From positions 725-64,724 of the forward strand of contig CALXYE010000132.1 in assembly GCA_944392845.1 (NCBI GenBank): a stretch of 64,000 bases of DNA. Reading direction: 5' to 3'. The notes under the pieces were generated by a model. That model was not told where the DNA came from and ran no database searches. It saw only the letters and a list, made by a program, of their open reading frames with translations. Made by a program: the position numbers and the translations under genes. Numbering within the stretch: the first letter of the stretch is position 1; every line of letters begins with the position of its first letter. The stretch is from an uncultured Alphaproteobacteria bacterium (GTDB lineage: Bacteria > Pseudomonadota > Alphaproteobacteria > CAAGCB01 > CAG-977). Shown piece by piece: positions 63,017 through 64,000 of the stretch.

Positions 63017-64000
63017 ATGTCTTTGACAATTTTGACGATTTTGTGCATCTGCGTTACGTCGTTTTGCGGAATCTTTTTGGGAAATTTGAAGTTTAAAGGC
63101 ATCAGCATCGGCATGGGCGGCGTTTTGTTCGCGGGCCTGATTGCGGGACATTTTCTTCATTTCGGCGGAAAGGCTCTGAACGCGGACGTTTTAGCATTTT
63201 TGCGCGAATTCGGATTGATTCTGTTCATTTACTCTATGGGACTGAGCGTCGGGCCGGGGATATTTGCTTCGTTGAAAAAGAACGGGCTGACGCTGAATCT
63301 GATCGCTTTGGCCGTCGTCGCGCTCGGCACGCTGACCGCCGTCGTGATTTATAAGTTTTCTGGGATTTCCCTGTCCGAAACGCTGGGGCTTTATTCGGGC
63401 GCCGTAACCAGCACGCCCGCGTTGGGCGCCGCACAGCAAATCCTGGGCGAGCTCGGCGTTAAAGCGGAAGAGATTGCAAAATCGGGCTTGGCCTATGCTC
63501 TGGCGTATCCGTTCACGATCCTGTCCAGCATCATGGTTTTTATCGCTTTGAAGTTTGTGTGCCGCGTCAATATCGGCGACGAAGTGGCTTCTTACGAATA
63601 CCGCAAGGCTCAAGACAATCCCCAAATGGAAGCGTTTAACGTCGTCGTAAACAACCCGAATTTTAACGGAATCGAAATCGGGCATTTTTTAAAAATGGTG
63701 CATTACGTCATGGCGGTTTCAAGAATGAAACGCGGTGACGAATATCTGGTGCCTCACGAACATACGAAATTGCAGGTCGGGGACGTTTTGTTGCTGTTCG
63801 GACCGAAAAGCTATTTTGAAACCGTATCCATGCTGTTTCAGGTCGATCCGAAACGCGATTTGATGGCGGAAAGCGCAAATAAAATTCAATCTCAGACCTT
63901 GCGCGTGACAAAGCCTTCTCGGGTCGGAAAGCCGTTGCGCAAAATTATGGGACATGCCCGCCGCCATTGGGTGATTTCCCGCGTGATCAGAAACGGCATT
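63017..64000 (+). CDS. YidE/YbjL (AspT/AAE) family transporter, 5' portion (continues beyond window)
   Basis: ATG at 63017. The frame stays open to the window end. N-terminal TM bundle then an RCK_C/TrkA_C-like domain (NGIEIGHFLKMVHYVMAVSRMKRGDEYLVPHEHTKLQVGDVLLLFG). Confidence 0.7.
   Translation, partial: MSLTILTILCICVTSFCGIFLGNLKFKGISIGMGGVLFAGLIAGHFLHFGGKALNADVLAFLREFGLILFIYSMGLSVGPGIFASLKKNGLTLNLIALAVVALGTLTAVVIYKFSGISLSETLGLYSGAVTSTPALGAAQQILGELGVKAEEIAKSGLAYALAYPFTILSSIMVFIALKFVCRVNIGDEVASYEYRKAQDNPQMEAFNVVVNNPNFNGIEIGHFLKMVHYVMAVSRMKRGDEYLVPHEHTKLQVGDVLLLFGPKSYFETVSMLFQVDPKRDLMAESANKIQSQTLRVTKPSRVGKPLRKIMGHARRHWVISRVIRNGI

Overview
This 64-kb window is an origin-proximal chromosomal segment of an alphaproteobacterium. 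GC looks to be in the mid/high 50s % by eye, with a few clearly AT-richer islets. Gene order is conserved and typical of the class: trpS-murJ-glnD-mutS; tsaE-amgK-murU-addB-addA-trxA; rimP-nusA-ylxR-infB-rbfA ... truB-rpsO-pnp; rpsT-dnaA-dnaN-recF-gyrB. I call 57 protein-coding genes and one tRNA-Thr(CGU); CDS are densely packed and many couple by ATGA/GTGA overlaps. I see no rRNA, CRISPR array, transposase or integrase.

Most of the window is core housekeeping. The parts that look accessory or unexplained are:
- a ~1.3-kb low-GC islet between nth and trpS, carrying a Cys-rich lipoprotein and a membrane-anchored NERD-family nuclease with a topoisomerase-type zinc ribbon (likely horizontally acquired, defence-like);
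- a Cof-type HAD phosphatase plus lipoprotein inserted between rbfA and truB;
- an Irr-like Fur-family regulator followed by ~550 bp of non-coding DNA. The last ~180 nt of this fold into a leader with mutually exclusive antiterminator and terminator pairings, directly upstream of a TM2-like lipoprotein gene (candidate riboregulator);
- orphan proteins of unknown function: a 256-aa K/R/E-rich coiled-coil protein, a membrane-tethered SNase-like nuclease, and a 441-aa tail-anchored protein flanked by a Sel1-repeat protein and a small secreted protein.

I could not demonstrate a complete, recognisable multi-gene defence, secretion or mobile system from sequence alone. The candidates above are flagged with explicit tests.
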